The notes below the pieces were generated by a model that was not told the DNA's origin, made no database searches, and worked only from the letters and a program-made list of their open reading frames with translations. The position numbers and the translations under genes are program-made. Below, in pieces: positions 1-10,306 of a stretch of 64,000 nt of DNA; position 1 is the stretch's first letter; each line of letters opens with the position of its first letter. The DNA is from Trueperaceae bacterium (lineage in GTDB: Bacteria > Deinococcota > Deinococci > Deinococcales > Trueperaceae). The DNA is taken from assembly GCA_965214405.1 (NCBI GenBank), contig OZ243956.1, positions 288,001-352,000 of the forward strand. Direction: 5' to 3'.

Positions 1-589
1 AAGACTCGAGCCGCTTCATCGTCTCCCACAGACTCACTTTCTCCTCTTCGACCGTCGCGTTGTCCTTGCGAAGCTCGTCTTGACCGTGATACAAGGCTTC
101 TAAAATTTTGTCCAGATGCCCCTGCGCGGACTGGTACTTGAGAAAATAGTCGCGCACGTTTTTACCGAGCGGGATGACGCCAAAAAGTTTCTTGGGCGCG
201 AACATCTCGCTCTGCCGCGCGGGGTCCAAATCCTCGACCGTTTTCCGGAGGTCCACAAGCGTTTTGGACACCTTCGATTTGGAGTCCGACGCCTCTTTCA
301 TCGCGTTCATGGGCCGCTCCAAAAAGCGGTTCGACACGCTCGCCGACTCGCGGATGGCCTCGTTGCCGAGGCTGTGAACCGCCATCACCTTGTTTTGAAA
401 CTCTTCCGTCCCGACGGGCGCGAGGATGACCGAGTCGATAAAATCTGTTACTTTTTCGTCTAACAGCGCCTGGGTCGCCTCATCGAGCGGCACCATCCGG
501 TCCGCCTGCTCGCGCGCGACGGGTTTCACGGGCTTGGGCGGCTCGAGCGTCTCGGGAGGGGTGAGGGGCGCGTCCGGGTGGTCGGTCAT
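1..589 (-). CDS. Toxic anion resistance protein (TelA family), 3' end outside the window
   Basis: Hand translation from ATG 589 (RBS AAGGAG): MTDHPDAPLTPPE...SNRFLERP...LVDLRKTVEDLDP...KKLFGVIP...YFLKYQSAQGHLDKIL...DELRKDNA, typical of TelA; open to the window edge. Confidence 0.8.
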   Translation of the reverse strand, partial: MTDHPDAPLTPPETLEPPKPVKPVAREQADRMVPLDEATQALLDEKVTDFIDSVILAPVGTEEFQNKVMAVHSLGNEAIRESASVSNRFLERPMNAMKEASDSKSKVSKTLVDLRKTVEDLDPARQSEMFAPKKLFGVIPLGKNVRDYFLKYQSAQGHLDKILEALYHGQDELRKDNATVEEEKVSLWETMKRLES

Positions 590-940
590 GGGGGCTCCTT
601 TGGGAGGGGCTAGTGGTGAGTGGTGAGAAAAAGCGTTGGGGTGTGAAGTGGGTGGAGTTTCTTTTCGTGGAGGCTCGAGGGGACTACGCAGGGCTTTATT
701 AGCAGCTTAGTGGAAGCGGGATGAGAAAGCGTTGAGAGAGTGAGCAAGCTCGAGTCGCGTGAGAAATTCAAAAGCGAAAGCGAAGCGTCACCTCATGAAG
801 CCCTTTCCGCTACGCCAATTTATCACGCACGGTCGCGCGTGGCCCCCTTCTTTCGTAGCATAAGTCGAGCGCCGACGTAGTCGCGGGCGGCTGGGCGAGG
901 TGTTTGAAAAGTTGAGCGAGAGAGCCTTTCCGAGGCACCC

Positions 941-1585
941 TCAATCGTCGGTAAAACCGTTTTTTCTGGCCCACACGACGACTTCGGCGCGGGAGCGGAG
1001 GCCGAGTTTGTCGTAGATGCGTGAGACGTAATTGCGGACCGTCTGTTCGGCCAAGTCAAATTCAGCGGCGATGCGGCGGTTGTTCCAGCCCTGGCCGATG
1101 ACCTCGACGAGTTCGCGTTCGCGGGCGGTCAGCTCGAGCGCCCTCTCCAAATGGTCGTCCACGGGCCGCGTGGTGAGCATTTTGTCGACGACCGCGCGGG
1201 AGAACCAGGTGCCGCCCTTGACGACGGCGTGAACCGCGCTCACCAGCGCCTCGGTGGCCTCGTCTTTGAGCAGGTATCCTGCCACCCCCGCCCGGACGAC
1301 GCCGTGGATGTAAGCGTCGTCGTCATAAGCGGTCAAGACGAGCACGCGGACGTTACGGTGCGCTTTGGCGAGGTCGGCGATGGTCACGAGCGGCGTGGGT
1401 CCCGGCATCGAGAGGTCGAGCAGCACCACGTCCGGCGCGTGCTGCTCGCAAAGCGCCACCGCCTCCTCACCGTTGGTCGCCTCGCCGACAATGCAGATGT
1501 TCGGCTCCTCGGCTAAGGTCGCGCGGATGCCCGAACGCACGAGCGGGTGGTCGTCGGCCAGGAGGACGCGGATGGGCTCAGCCAC
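941..1585 (-). CDS. NarL/FixJ-family response regulator (REC + LuxR HTH)
   Basis: LADDHPLVRSG, DVVLLDLSMP, GYLLK, C-terminal LTARE...TVRNYVSRIYDKLG. Confidence 0.93.
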   Translation of the reverse strand: MAEPIRVLLADDHPLVRSGIRATLAEEPNICIVGEATNGEEAVALCEQHAPDVVLLDLSMPGPTPLVTIADLAKAHRNVRVLVLTAYDDDAYIHGVVRAGVAGYLLKDEATEALVSAVHAVVKGGTWFSRAVVDKMLTTRPVDDHLERALELTARERELVEVIGQGWNNRRIAAEFDLAEQTVRNYVSRIYDKLGLRSRAEVVVWARKNGFTDD

Positions 1586-1825
1586 CGAGGCCCTTTGAAG
1601 CGTGCGCGGTCATCCCTACTGACCTCGCTTCTTTCGGGCATTTTGGGCAGGGGTGGACATTGGTAGGCGAGGACCAACACGGGTTGCTCGGCTCATTCAT
1701 GAAAAGACTTTACCATCCCAACTTGGGGAGGCCTTTATAAAATTTTTCCGGGAGAACAAAGGTCGCTGTTTGGGTCCTCGAGCGCTCCGTCATCTCTACA
1801 CACAAAGGCGTTGCACCAAGCCTCA

Positions 1826-2551
1826 TCACAGCGTAGGCTTTAGCGTGTAGGAAACAAGCCGCTCGCCCCCAAGCAGCCTGACGCCGTCGGCAGACCTCAC
1901 CCTTAATAGACCCTCGGTTGTGACGCCTTCTGCGACACCTTCTATAACATCTTCTGCGTGACCAGTGTCCATAAAGCCTACCTTTTGACCCTCGAGCACA
2001 TCAAAAGGTGCAAAGCGTTCGGGCAGCGTGTCGGGCTCTAGGAGCGCGTTGAGGCCGCGAGCCAGGCCCTCGAGCACCACCATGTGAACCCCCTCGACGT
2101 CCCAGCCCTTGAGCGCGGCGAAGTCTTGAGGCACAGGATTGTTGACGTTCACGCCCACCCCAATGAGCAGGTGCTCGCGCGCAACTTCGGCCAAGATGCC
2201 GCCCAGCTTCCGGCCTTTGTAGAGAATATCGTTGGGCCACTTTATCCCAACGCGCGCGCCGTAGGTGGGAAAGGTTTCAGCGAGCCCCACCGCTAAGGCC
2301 ACGCTCACGACGCCCCGGTTTGGAAGGGGCGCACCGTAACGCACCGCGAGCGTTTGGTAGCTGCCGCCTCGAGCGCTCGACCAGTCGCGCGCGCGCCTGC
2401 CCCGCCCCGCCTCCTGCGCCGCCGCGCGGATGACGAGGCCGTGGACCTCAGCGCCCACCTCGAGCCGCGCCCTCATCGCGTCCTGGGTCGAGGGAAGTGT
2501 ATCGAACGATTCTATACGAAAGGGGATGCTCAACTCAGCGGGTGAGCGCAA
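1826..2551 (-). CDS. birA: Biotin--[acetyl-CoA-carboxylase] ligase (no N-terminal HTH)
   Basis: STQD, QEAGRGRRARDW, IKWPNDILYKGRKLGGIL, IGVGVNV motifs. Confidence 0.9.
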   Translation of the reverse strand: MRSPAELSIPFRIESFDTLPSTQDAMRARLEVGAEVHGLVIRAAAQEAGRGRRARDWSSARGGSYQTLAVRYGAPLPNRGVVSVALAVGLAETFPTYGARVGIKWPNDILYKGRKLGGILAEVAREHLLIGVGVNVNNPVPQDFAALKGWDVEGVHMVVLEGLARGLNALLEPDTLPERFAPFDVLEGQKVGFMDTGHAEDVIEGVAEGVTTEGLLRVRSADGVRLLGGERLVSYTLKPTL

Positions 2552-5500
2552 CGCCTTTCACCGCCCCGTCCACCATCTTCTCGTCCGTCGTCTTGGAGAT
2601 GCTGAACACGCGGCTTACCCCGCGCTCGGTGGTCACGCCCCAGAGGGTGTCGGCGGCCTCCATCGTGGCTTTTTGGTGGGTGATGAGCACAAACTGGGTG
2701 CCCGCGCCCGCGAGCGACTCGACAAAGGCGCAGAAGCGGCGGATGTTGGCCTCGTCTAGGGGCGCGTCGACCTCGTCCAGAATGGCGATGGGCAGCCCCC
2801 GCGCCTCGCGCTCGCCCGTGAGGGAGAAAAGAAACGCGAGCGCCCCCATCGTCCTCTCGCCAACCGAGAGCAGGTTGAGCGCGCGCGTCCTCTTACCGGG
2901 AGGCTGGAGCGCTATTTTCAAACCCACAGGCCGCCCTTCGGCGTGCTCGACCTCGATGTCGGCCACCGCCTCGGGGCCGAAAAGCCCCTTGGCGTGATGA
3001 GCGAAAGCCGTACGCAGGCGCGTCAGGGCCTCGCCCAAACGACGGCTCGTCTCGGCGTCGATGTTGTGCAGGAGCGTACCCAGCTCGTCCACCGCCGCGG
3101 CGGCCTCCGCGCCCTCGGCGCTTAGCGCGTCTAGGCGCGCCCGCTCCTTTTCCCAATCGTTCTGCGCCCGGTGATTCACGGGGCCGATGCTGGCAAGCTC
3201 ACGTTCGGCTGAGGCCAACCTCTCGCGCAGCGTCCGGGGCGACCCATCAAGGAGGGGCAGGCCCGCCGGGAAAGCGGCGAGTTCTCCTACCGCGCCCTCG
3301 AGCGTCGTCTCACGCCGCGCGAGCGTGAGCGCGAGGTTTTCCGCCTCGGCGGCGCGGGCGGCCTGCGCGCCGCTCTCTTTGGTCAAGGCTTCTTCCGCCG
3401 CCTCGCCCTCGAGGCGCGCTTCGGCGTAGGCGGCTTCAACCTGCGGGAGGTCGCGGGGCAGCGCGGCTTCGGCGCGCTGCAAGGCTTCTGTCAGCGCCGC
3501 CTGCGCTCCCTCTTGCGCTTCTCGTTCCGCGGCAAGCACCGCCGCTCTACCGCGTAAGGCCTCGAGCCGCGCACGTCCCTCTTCAAAGCGCACCTGCGCG
3601 CCTTCAAACGCCCCAGCCCGCTCCCGAAACACGCCGAGCGCCCCCTGCGCTTCATAAAGGCGGCGGGCGGACGCCTCACGCTCCTGCGTTGCCGCCTCTC
3701 GAGCCGCTCGAGCCGCCTCCTGCGCCCTTTCTAACGCAGGTAAGTCCGCCTCACCCACGGTGTCTTTAGCCGCCTCTTCAGTCTCCTCTTTTACCCCAGG
3801 CGAAACGAGCGCGTCCAGTTGCGTCTGGAGGGTGCGCCCCAGCCGCTCCAACTCGTCCGCGCGCGAGCGCCGCGTGGCGAGCGCGCCTTGCGCCTCGGTG
3901 AGCGCCGTTTGGATGCGCCCAAGCATTTCCCGGAACATCACGACCTCGCGCGCATTCTTTTTGAACGCCTCCTGCGCCGCCACAACGGATTCTTTCAAGC
4001 GCGCGGCCTCCCCTAACGCGCCCTCTGCTGCCCGCTCTGTTTCTTCAAGTTCGGCGGCGGCACCCAGTAAACCCGTATTCATCTGGCGCTTGCCCCCGGT
4101 CACCGCGCCGGAGGTCTCGAGCAGATCACCCCCGAGCGTGACCAGCCGGGGCCGCAAAGCGTGCGCACGGGCGAGCGCCACCGCCGCTTCGGTGGAGGTG
4201 ACCACGACCGTGTTGCCTAAGAGCGCCGCGAACACGCCCGCGTAGCGCGCCTCAAAGGCGACGAGGTCCAAAAGGAGGCCGACCACGCCTGGTGCGTTTT
4301 GGAGTGTGCCGAGCGCCGTCGCCCGACCCGAGACAAGCTCGAGCGGGAGCAGCGTCGCCCAGCCGCCCACGCGTTTGAGATGTACCAGAACCGCCTGCGC
4401 GACCTCCGCGTCCTCCACCACCACGTTTTCCGCGCGCCTGCCGAGGGCGCTGCTCGCCGCTACCTCGTAAGCCTCGGGCACCCGCAGGAGGTCGGCCACG
4501 GAGCCAATCACGCCCGGTAGCCCCGAGGTGAGCGCCTGCCGCGGCCCGTGGGTGTAGCCCTGGCGCGCCTCAAAGGCGCTCCGGCTCCGCGCGCGCGCCC
4601 TCTCCAAAGCGAGCGCTTCCGCGTGGGCATTGGCGTGGTCGCGCTGGACCGTCTCGAGCCCCCCCCGCGCCCTCCTCTCCGCCGCCTCCGCCCCCCGCAA
4701 CGCCTCACGCGCCGCCGCCACCTCGTTCTCGAGCGTTGTCACCCGCTCAGGGTTTACGTCGGGCAACGCCCCCAGCCGGTCTCTCACCTCGTCTAACTGC
4801 GCCTCGAGCGTCTGTCTCTGACTCTTATAAACCGCGAGCGCTCGAGCCTTTTCAGCTTCCGCGGCGCGGGCGGACTCTAAGCGGCGGGTCTGGGCAGAAA
4901 GGGCGTCGGCGGCAGTTCTAACCGCACGTTCCGCATTGGCTGCGCCCTCTTGCGCGCGGACGACCGCCGCATGGAGCGCCGCGTCGTCGCCCTCGGGGGG
5001 TGTGGGTGGCGGCGCTGCTCCCAACGCCGCTATCTCTTCGGCTAAGCTCGCTGCCTCGCGGCGAAGCGCGCCTAGCCGCGCCTGCGCGCCCCTAAGCCGC
5101 TCCTGCGCCACGCGGAGGTCACCGCGCCGCGCTTCGGCCTCCCCCACCGCCCGCCGGTAGGTTTCTTCGCGCTCTCCCAAAATGTGCCTTGCCTCACGCA
5201 GGCGCGCCTGCGCCGCTTGGAGCGCGTCTCGGCCCGCCGCGACCACGCCCCGCGCCTCCGCCGCCTTTTCTCTTAGCGCGCCGAGTTCGGTTTCCAACGC
5301 CTCGACGCGCTGAACGCTCCCGGTGTAGCGCAGGTGCAGCACCTCGCGGTTGAGAGAAGCGGCGCGCGCGGCTTCTTTGGCTTCGGCCTCAAGCCGCGCC
5401 ACCTGCGCGCGCAGTTCGCGCAAAATGTCTTCTAAACGCTCGAGATGATCCCTCGCCGCACCCAGCCGCGCCTCCGCGCCGTCGCGCCGGGCCGATAACT

Positions 5501-5984
5501 TGGCGACGCCCGCCGCCTCGGCCACGTAACCGAGCAGCGTCGCGGGGTCCGCCATCAGCACCCCGCTCACCTCGCCCTGGCCGATAAGCGCCAGCCCGCC
5601 CCGGCCCAAACCGGAGCCCGAGAGCGCGTCGTCCAGGTCCAAAAAGCGCGCGTTCTGGCCGTTCAAGAGAAGTTTGGTCTGACCGTCACGGAACAGGTTG
5701 CGCGCGATGTGGAGTCGCCCCGAGGTACCCTTAAGCTCGAGTTCGACCTCCGCATACGACACCCCCTTCCGGCCCGCCGCCCCGTGAAAAATCAGGTCGG
5801 TCTTCTCGTCGGCCCGAAACTCTTTGGCCCGCCCGCCCCCACTCGCCCAGCGCAGCGCGTCGATGATATTCGACTTGCCCGAGCCGTTGGGACCCACCAC
5901 CGCCGTGACGCGGGGCGAAAACTCGACGGTCGTCCGGTCGCCAAAACTTTTGAAGCCGTGCAGGGTGAGAGAAGTGAGGCGCAT
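2535..5984 (-). CDS. smc: Chromosome segregation protein SMC
   Basis: GFKSF, Walker A GPNGSGKS, long coiled coils, hinge GAVTGG, Walker B/D-loop ILDEVDAPLD, LITH. Confidence 0.95.
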   Translation of the reverse strand: MRLTSLTLHGFKSFGDRTTVEFSPRVTAVVGPNGSGKSNIIDALRWASGGGRAKEFRADEKTDLIFHGAAGRKGVSYAEVELELKGTSGRLHIARNLFRDGQTKLLLNGQNARFLDLDDALSGSGLGRGGLALIGQGEVSGVLMADPATLLGYVAEAAGVAKLSARRDGAEARLGAARDHLERLEDILRELRAQVARLEAEAKEAARAASLNREVLHLRYTGSVQRVEALETELGALREKAAEARGVVAAGRDALQAAQARLREARHILGEREETYRRAVGEAEARRGDLRVAQERLRGAQARLGALRREAASLAEEIAALGAAPPPTPPEGDDAALHAAVVRAQEGAANAERAVRTAADALSAQTRRLESARAAEAEKARALAVYKSQRQTLEAQLDEVRDRLGALPDVNPERVTTLENEVAAAREALRGAEAAERRARGGLETVQRDHANAHAEALALERARARSRSAFEARQGYTHGPRQALTSGLPGVIGSVADLLRVPEAYEVAASSALGRRAENVVVEDAEVAQAVLVHLKRVGGWATLLPLELVSGRATALGTLQNAPGVVGLLLDLVAFEARYAGVFAALLGNTVVVTSTEAAVALARAHALRPRLVTLGGDLLETSGAVTGGKRQMNTGLLGAAAELEETERAAEGALGEAARLKESVVAAQEAFKKNAREVVMFREMLGRIQTALTEAQGALATRRSRADELERLGRTLQTQLDALVSPGVKEETEEAAKDTVGEADLPALERAQEAARAAREAATQEREASARRLYEAQGALGVFRERAGAFEGAQVRFEEGRARLEALRGRAAVLAAEREAQEGAQAALTEALQRAEAALPRDLPQVEAAYAEARLEGEAAEEALTKESGAQAARAAEAENLALTLARRETTLEGAVGELAAFPAGLPLLDGSPRTLRERLASAERELASIGPVNHRAQNDWEKERARLDALSAEGAEAAAAVDELGTLLHNIDAETSRRLGEALTRLRTAFAHHAKGLFGPEAVADIEVEHAEGRPVGLKIALQPPGKRTRALNLLSVGERTMGALAFLFSLTGEREARGLPIAILDEVDAPLDEANIRRFCAFVESLAGAGTQFVLITHQKATMEAADTLWGVTTERGVSRVFSISKTTDEKMVDGAVKGVALTR

Positions 5985-6030
5985 GAGGGAGAGTGTAACG
6001 TGTGGAGCGTGAGTTTGGGCAAGTTGGGAT

Positions 6031-6099
6031 GAGTACCTAGTACCGAGTCCGGAGTAAACTGCTCATCACCCGTTACTCAGCACTCAGTCCTCGGTACTT
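6031..6099. repeat. Inverted arrays of degenerate 7-bp repeats
   Basis: GAGTACC-TAGTACC-GAGTCCG-GAGTAA ... TTACTC-AGCACTC-AGTCCTC-GGTACTT. Confidence 0.55.
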
Positions 6100-6120
6100 C
6101 TTACTCTTCTCTCCAATCAC

Positions 6121-7494
6121 TCAACCAAGCTTTCCCAGTGCCTCCAGCAGCGCCGCGCTCGTCTCGATGCCGCGGTAGTAGTTCACCAGGTCGAACGACT
6201 CGTTGGGCGAGTGGGCGCGGTCGCTCTCGAGTCCCAGCCCGACCAAGACCACGTCGGCTCCCAACGCCTTTTGAAAGGTGCTGACGACGGGGATGGTGCC
6301 GCCCGTGCGGGCGAAGATGGGCTCCTGGTCGTAAACCTCGCGCAACGCGCTCGCCGCCGCCTTGACCGCGGGTGATTCCAAGGGCGTCAAGGCAGGCTCG
6401 CCGCCGTGCAAGTTTTCGACCTCAACGGTGAGGCCCGGAGGGGCAAGCTCGAGCAGATAGTCCCGCAGCTTCTCAAAAACATCATCCGGGCGCTGGTCCG
6501 GCACCAGGCGACACGAAATCTTTGCCATCGCCTTGGCGGGGATGACCGTCTTCGCGCCCGCGCCCTGAAAGCCGCCGCCGATACCGTTCACGTCCAAGGT
6601 GGGCCGCGCCCAGAGGCGCTCGAGCACCGTATAGCCCGCCTCACCGGGGGTCGCGGTGAGGTCTAAGTCCTCGGCAAACTCGCTTTCGTCAAAGGGCACC
6701 CGCTTGAACGCCTCGCGCTCGGCGTCCGTGATCTCTTGCACCGCGTCGTAAAAGCCGGGCACGGCGACGCGTCCCGTATCATCGTGGAGCGCAGCTATCA
6801 TTTTGGCGAGACCGTTGATCGGGTTGGGCACGCCCCCGCCGAACGCGCCCGAGTGCAGGTCCATCGCCGCGCCCCTCACCCTCACCTCGGCGTAGGCGAG
6901 ACCCTTGAGACCGTAGGTAATCGTCGGAACGCCGGGAGCCGCCATCGCGCCATCCGAGATGACCACCACGTCAGCGGCCAAAAGGTCGCGGTGGGTTTCG
7001 ATAAACGCGCCCAAGCTGGGAGAGCCGATTTCCTCTTCACCCTCGACAAGAAACTTTAGCGTGACGGGCAGCGCGCCCTGCGTTGCAAGCAGCGCCTCCG
7101 CCCCCTTCACGTGCGCGTAAACCTGCCCCTTATCATCCGACGCGCCCCGCGCGACGATCTTTTCGTCCGTCACGACGGGCTCAAAGGGCGGCGAGGTCCA
7201 CAGCTCGAGCGGCTCGGGCGGCTGCACATCGTAGTGACCGTACACGAGCACCGTCGGCGCGTCCGCGTCACCTACGCGTTCGGCGTAGACGACCGGATGG
7301 CCCGCCGTCTCCATAATTCGTGCGCTTAAACCCGCCCGCTCGAGCCCCACCCGCACAAACTCGGCGGCCCGCCGCACGTCGCCGCGTCTCTCGGGGTCGG
7401 TGCTAACAGAAGGAATACGCAAAAACTCGAGGAGTTCCTCGAGCTGACGGGGTCGGGCGTTTTGAAGGTAGCGTGGTAAATCTGTAGAGACCAT
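6121..7494 (-). CDS. M20-family dipeptidase
   Basis: YGHYDVQP, ARGASDDKGQ, EGEEEIGS, DLHSG, AHSPNE. Confidence 0.92.
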   Translation of the reverse strand: MVSTDLPRYLQNARPRQLEELLEFLRIPSVSTDPERRGDVRRAAEFVRVGLERAGLSARIMETAGHPVVYAERVGDADAPTVLVYGHYDVQPPEPLELWTSPPFEPVVTDEKIVARGASDDKGQVYAHVKGAEALLATQGALPVTLKFLVEGEEEIGSPSLGAFIETHRDLLAADVVVISDGAMAAPGVPTITYGLKGLAYAEVRVRGAAMDLHSGAFGGGVPNPINGLAKMIAALHDDTGRVAVPGFYDAVQEITDAEREAFKRVPFDESEFAEDLDLTATPGEAGYTVLERLWARPTLDVNGIGGGFQGAGAKTVIPAKAMAKISCRLVPDQRPDDVFEKLRDYLLELAPPGLTVEVENLHGGEPALTPLESPAVKAAASALREVYDQEPIFARTGGTIPVVSTFQKALGADVVLVGLGLESDRAHSPNESFDLVNYYRGIETSAALLEALGKLG

Positions 7495-7586
7495 GAAAGG
7501 GAGTATAGCGCGCTCAACGCGCGACGTTTCGCGGGAGATGAGTGACCAATCCGCGGCTTCACCCCGCCGCTTCTAGTCACTCACCA

Positions 7587-7997
7587 CTAATCGCTCTCTT
7601 CATCTGGCGGGTTCAGCGCCCCCGCATAGGTCTGCATCCGCTCCTGCAACTCCCCCTGCAAACGCCCGATGCGCCCTTCCATACTGTCCTGGAGCGTGTC
7701 GAGCTCACGGCGCAGGCGGATAATCTCCTCGACGCCCGCCAAGTTGACGCCCAACTCTTGCGTCAGGCGGCGGATTTCTTGCAGGTGTTCGATGTCGCGC
7801 TGCGAATAAAGCCGGGTTTTGCCCGCGCTGCGGCTGGGCTCGATGAGGCCTTTTCGCTCGTATAAGCGCAGCGTCTGCGGGTGCATGTCCACGAGTTCGG
7901 CGGCGACGCTTATCACGTAGAGCGGGCGGTTTTTGAGGGTGTCTCCTTTTTTATTTATATTGTTCATGTTGTCCACTTCTTCCGCTTTTTCCGTCAT
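7587..7997 (-). CDS. hspR: Heat-shock repressor HspR (MerR family)
   Basis: [39 protein letters not shown]...[12 protein letters not shown]; overlaps the dnaJ stop. Confidence 0.9.
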   Translation of the reverse strand: MTEKAEEVDNMNNINKKGDTLKNRPLYVISVAAELVDMHPQTLRLYERKGLIEPSRSAGKTRLYSQRDIEHLQEIRRLTQELGVNLAGVEEIIRLRRELDTLQDSMEGRIGRLQGELQERMQTYAGALNPPDEESD

Positions 7998-8992
7998 ATC
8001 AGGCTCCCTTGACTCTCCCCCAAGAGCGCGCGCCGCACCCCGCGCCAGAGTCCCCGCCAGACTCTCACCTCGAGCGTCGCAATGAGGTCGCCCCCCGCCA
8101 GACCGCCGCCCGCCACCCGCACCGTCTGACCGTCCACCGCGCCCTTGGGCACGTTTAACGTGACGCCCAAGTCACTTAAGGAGATGGACGCGCCGCGGCT
8201 CGCCTCGAGGGGCGTCACGGCCACGGGCGTTTTTAAGTCTCTGCCCACAAGCTCAGCGCCCGCGGGCACCCGCACCGTCACCGTTACAAACGCGTCGCCC
8301 GGCGGGCGGCCCGGCCCGCCCAGACCCTTGAGGCGCAGCTTGACCCCGTCGCGGACGCCCGTAGGCACCTCGACCTCGACGAACGCCCCCGCGCGCACCA
8401 CGCCGCGACCCCCGCAGACGGGGCAAGGCGCGCCCGCCTCTAGGCCCGTACTCCGGCACTGCGCGCAGACGCTCGGGCCGGGCACGCGCACCCGGCGCGT
8501 CACGCCCGCCCGCGCCTCCGCCACGGACACGCTCAGGGCCACCGCGCGGTCCTCGCCGGGCAGCAGGCCCGAGTTGCGCATCATGCCCGTCATCACCCCG
8601 AAGAGCGCGTCGAACACGGCGTTGCCCGTGCGCGGCACCTCGCCCCCGTACCCCGCGCCCCGTGTGCTCCAGTCGATGGTGATGTCGGCTTCCCTAAAGA
8701 CCGTTTCCCAGTCCACCGTCGAAAAGTCGGGCCGACCCTGCACGCCCCCGTCAAATCCGCCGCCATACGCGTTCCCGCCAAAGCGGTCATAGCGCGCCCG
8801 GCTCTCGGGGTCGCGCAGCGTCGCGTAGGCCTCGGAAATCTCTTTGAAGCGCTCTTCCGCCGCTCCGTCGCCTGGGTTGCGGTCGGGGTGGTAGCGGAGC
8901 GCCAGCTTGCGGTAGGCGCTGCGGATCTCGTCGGCGTCCGCCGTGGAGGCGACGCCGAGCACGTCGTAGGGGTTGCGCAGGGTTCGTGTCAC
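7994..8992 (-). CDS. DnaJ-family chaperone with J domain, partial Zn finger and C-terminal domain
   Basis: YDVLGV...[10 protein letters not shown] domain; two CxxCxxxG repeats; [15 protein letters not shown] 8992 chosen as probable leaderless start. Confidence 0.88.
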   Translation of the reverse strand: MTRTLRNPYDVLGVASTADADEIRSAYRKLALRYHPDRNPGDGAAEERFKEISEAYATLRDPESRARYDRFGGNAYGGGFDGGVQGRPDFSTVDWETVFREADITIDWSTRGAGYGGEVPRTGNAVFDALFGVMTGMMRNSGLLPGEDRAVALSVSVAEARAGVTRRVRVPGPSVCAQCRSTGLEAGAPCPVCGGRGVVRAGAFVEVEVPTGVRDGVKLRLKGLGGPGRPPGDAFVTVTVRVPAGAELVGRDLKTPVAVTPLEASRGASISLSDLGVTLNVPKGAVDGQTVRVAGGGLAGGDLIATLEVRVWRGLWRGVRRALLGESQGSLI

Positions 8993-9010
8993 TCTCACCA
9001 ATATACATTA

Positions 9011-9031
9011 TTTGAGTCTGGAAGTGTCAAG
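9011..9031. promoter_or_regulatory. HAIR-like HspR operator overlapping the -35 of the dnaJ-hspR promoter
   Basis: TTTGAGT-N7-TGTCAAG versus consensus CTTGAGT-N7-ACTCAAG; the minus strand reads TTGACA. Confidence 0.7.
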
Positions 9032-9239
9032 TTAGCCTATCAAACCCAAAAGTTATGGCAGGAGTGTCAGGCTTGTTCGAGCGCCGCTACGCGCTAGATT
9101 CTCTTCAGAAGAAGATTTTTCGGGACCCTTCTGAGTGTTGGGACCACGCCTCCCACATATGACTGACCACCTATGACAGTAAGACGGTAAGCGAAAACGG
9201 TGGACGGGCTCACGACGTGTCATAGTAGGAATCCACACC

Positions 9240-9563
9240 ATGAAAAAGTTTCTTTTACTCACCCTGACCCTTGCCGCGCTGCTCGCGCTCAGCGCTTGCC
9301 GCAGCGAAACCCAAAACAGAGTGCGCCGCAACATCCAAGACTTCACGGGCCAGCGCATGTACATTAGCCTCTATAGTCTGGACGGCACGGTTATTTATCA
9401 GGGCACCGTCGACGGCAAGGTCACCCGCGCGTCGGGGACGCTAAGCGGCAGCAACGAAGCGGCCTCCGGCACCTATATTTTTTGGTACGACGACAGAGGG
9501 CGCTATCACCAGACCGACCTCCCCTACCTGCTCACCAACTTTGACCAGAACGAGTCGCAGTAG
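9240..9563 (+). CDS. Hypothetical lipoprotein
   Basis: MKK + hydrophobic stretch + LSAC lipobox; RBS AGGA. Confidence 0.75.
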   Translation: MKKFLLLTLTLAALLALSACRSETQNRVRRNIQDFTGQRMYISLYSLDGTVIYQGTVDGKVTRASGTLSGSNEAASGTYIFWYDDRGRYHQTDLPYLLTNFDQNESQ

Positions 9564-9657
9564 GCGCTTGGGATTCTAGGGGTAGTTTTAACAAGGCAGT
9601 CAGAACGGGTTTCGTTACAAAACTTGAGCGGCTGGTCGCCCGCCGTAAGCTTACGGA

Positions 9658-10227
9658 CTATCGGCTACCGATAGCTTTAATAATCCTCCGCGCATACAGC
9701 GCCACCTCCCTAGGCTCCCGAAAAAGCGACGTGACCGTTGCGCCGTCGATCACCAGCATCAGTTCGTGCGAAAAGGCTTCGGGATCATTTAAGCCTGCTC
9801 GGCTGGCTAGCCCCTCGAAAAAGGTCCTGACCGCCTCTTTTTGTTCCAGCGTCAAGTCTCTGACCTCGTCCCCTTCGGCCCCCATCTCGATGAGCGCGTT
9901 GAGAAACGAGCAGCCTCGGTAGCTGTCGCTTTGCATCCATTCTAAGTGCATCTCGACCGCCCTCTCGAGCTGCTTTTCGGGATCACCCAAGCTTTCTACT
10001 GCCCTAAGCCACTCGAGCCTCTGCGCCAGCCTGCGCGCCAAAACCGCGCGGATAAGCGCCTTTTTAGAGGCGAAATTGTAGTAAAGCGTGCCCCGCGCCA
10101 CGCCCGCCCTTTCAAAAATTTCGTTGATGCCCACGTTGGTAAAGCCGCGCGCGTAAAAGAGTTCGGACGCCGTTTCTATGAGCCGTTCTCTTGCTTTGGA
10201 TGCGTTTTTTGAGACATATTTTGACAC
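9658..10227 (-). CDS. TetR/AcrR-family regulator
   Basis: ARERLIETASELFYARGF...AGVARGTLYYNFASK, YRGCSFLN; GTG 10227 lies 6 nt after TATAAT. Confidence 0.9.
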   Translation of the reverse strand: MSKYVSKNASKARERLIETASELFYARGFTNVGINEIFERAGVARGTLYYNFASKKALIRAVLARRLAQRLEWLRAVESLGDPEKQLERAVEMHLEWMQSDSYRGCSFLNALIEMGAEGDEVRDLTLEQKEAVRTFFEGLASRAGLNDPEAFSHELMLVIDGATVTSLFREPREVALYARRIIKAIGSR

Positions 10228-10239
10228 AACACCATTATA

Positions 10240-10282
10240 TAGACTAAGCTGTCTAATATCTGTGTTTGGACAAGTGAGTCTA
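10240..10282. promoter_or_regulatory. Two palindromic TetR-type operators in the divergent promoter
   Basis: TAGAC-TAAGCT-GTCTA (10240-10255) and TGGAC-AAGTGA-GTCTA (10267-10282). Confidence 0.65.
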
Positions 10283-10306
10283 AATGTAGATGTTAAGGAG
10301 GCCTTG

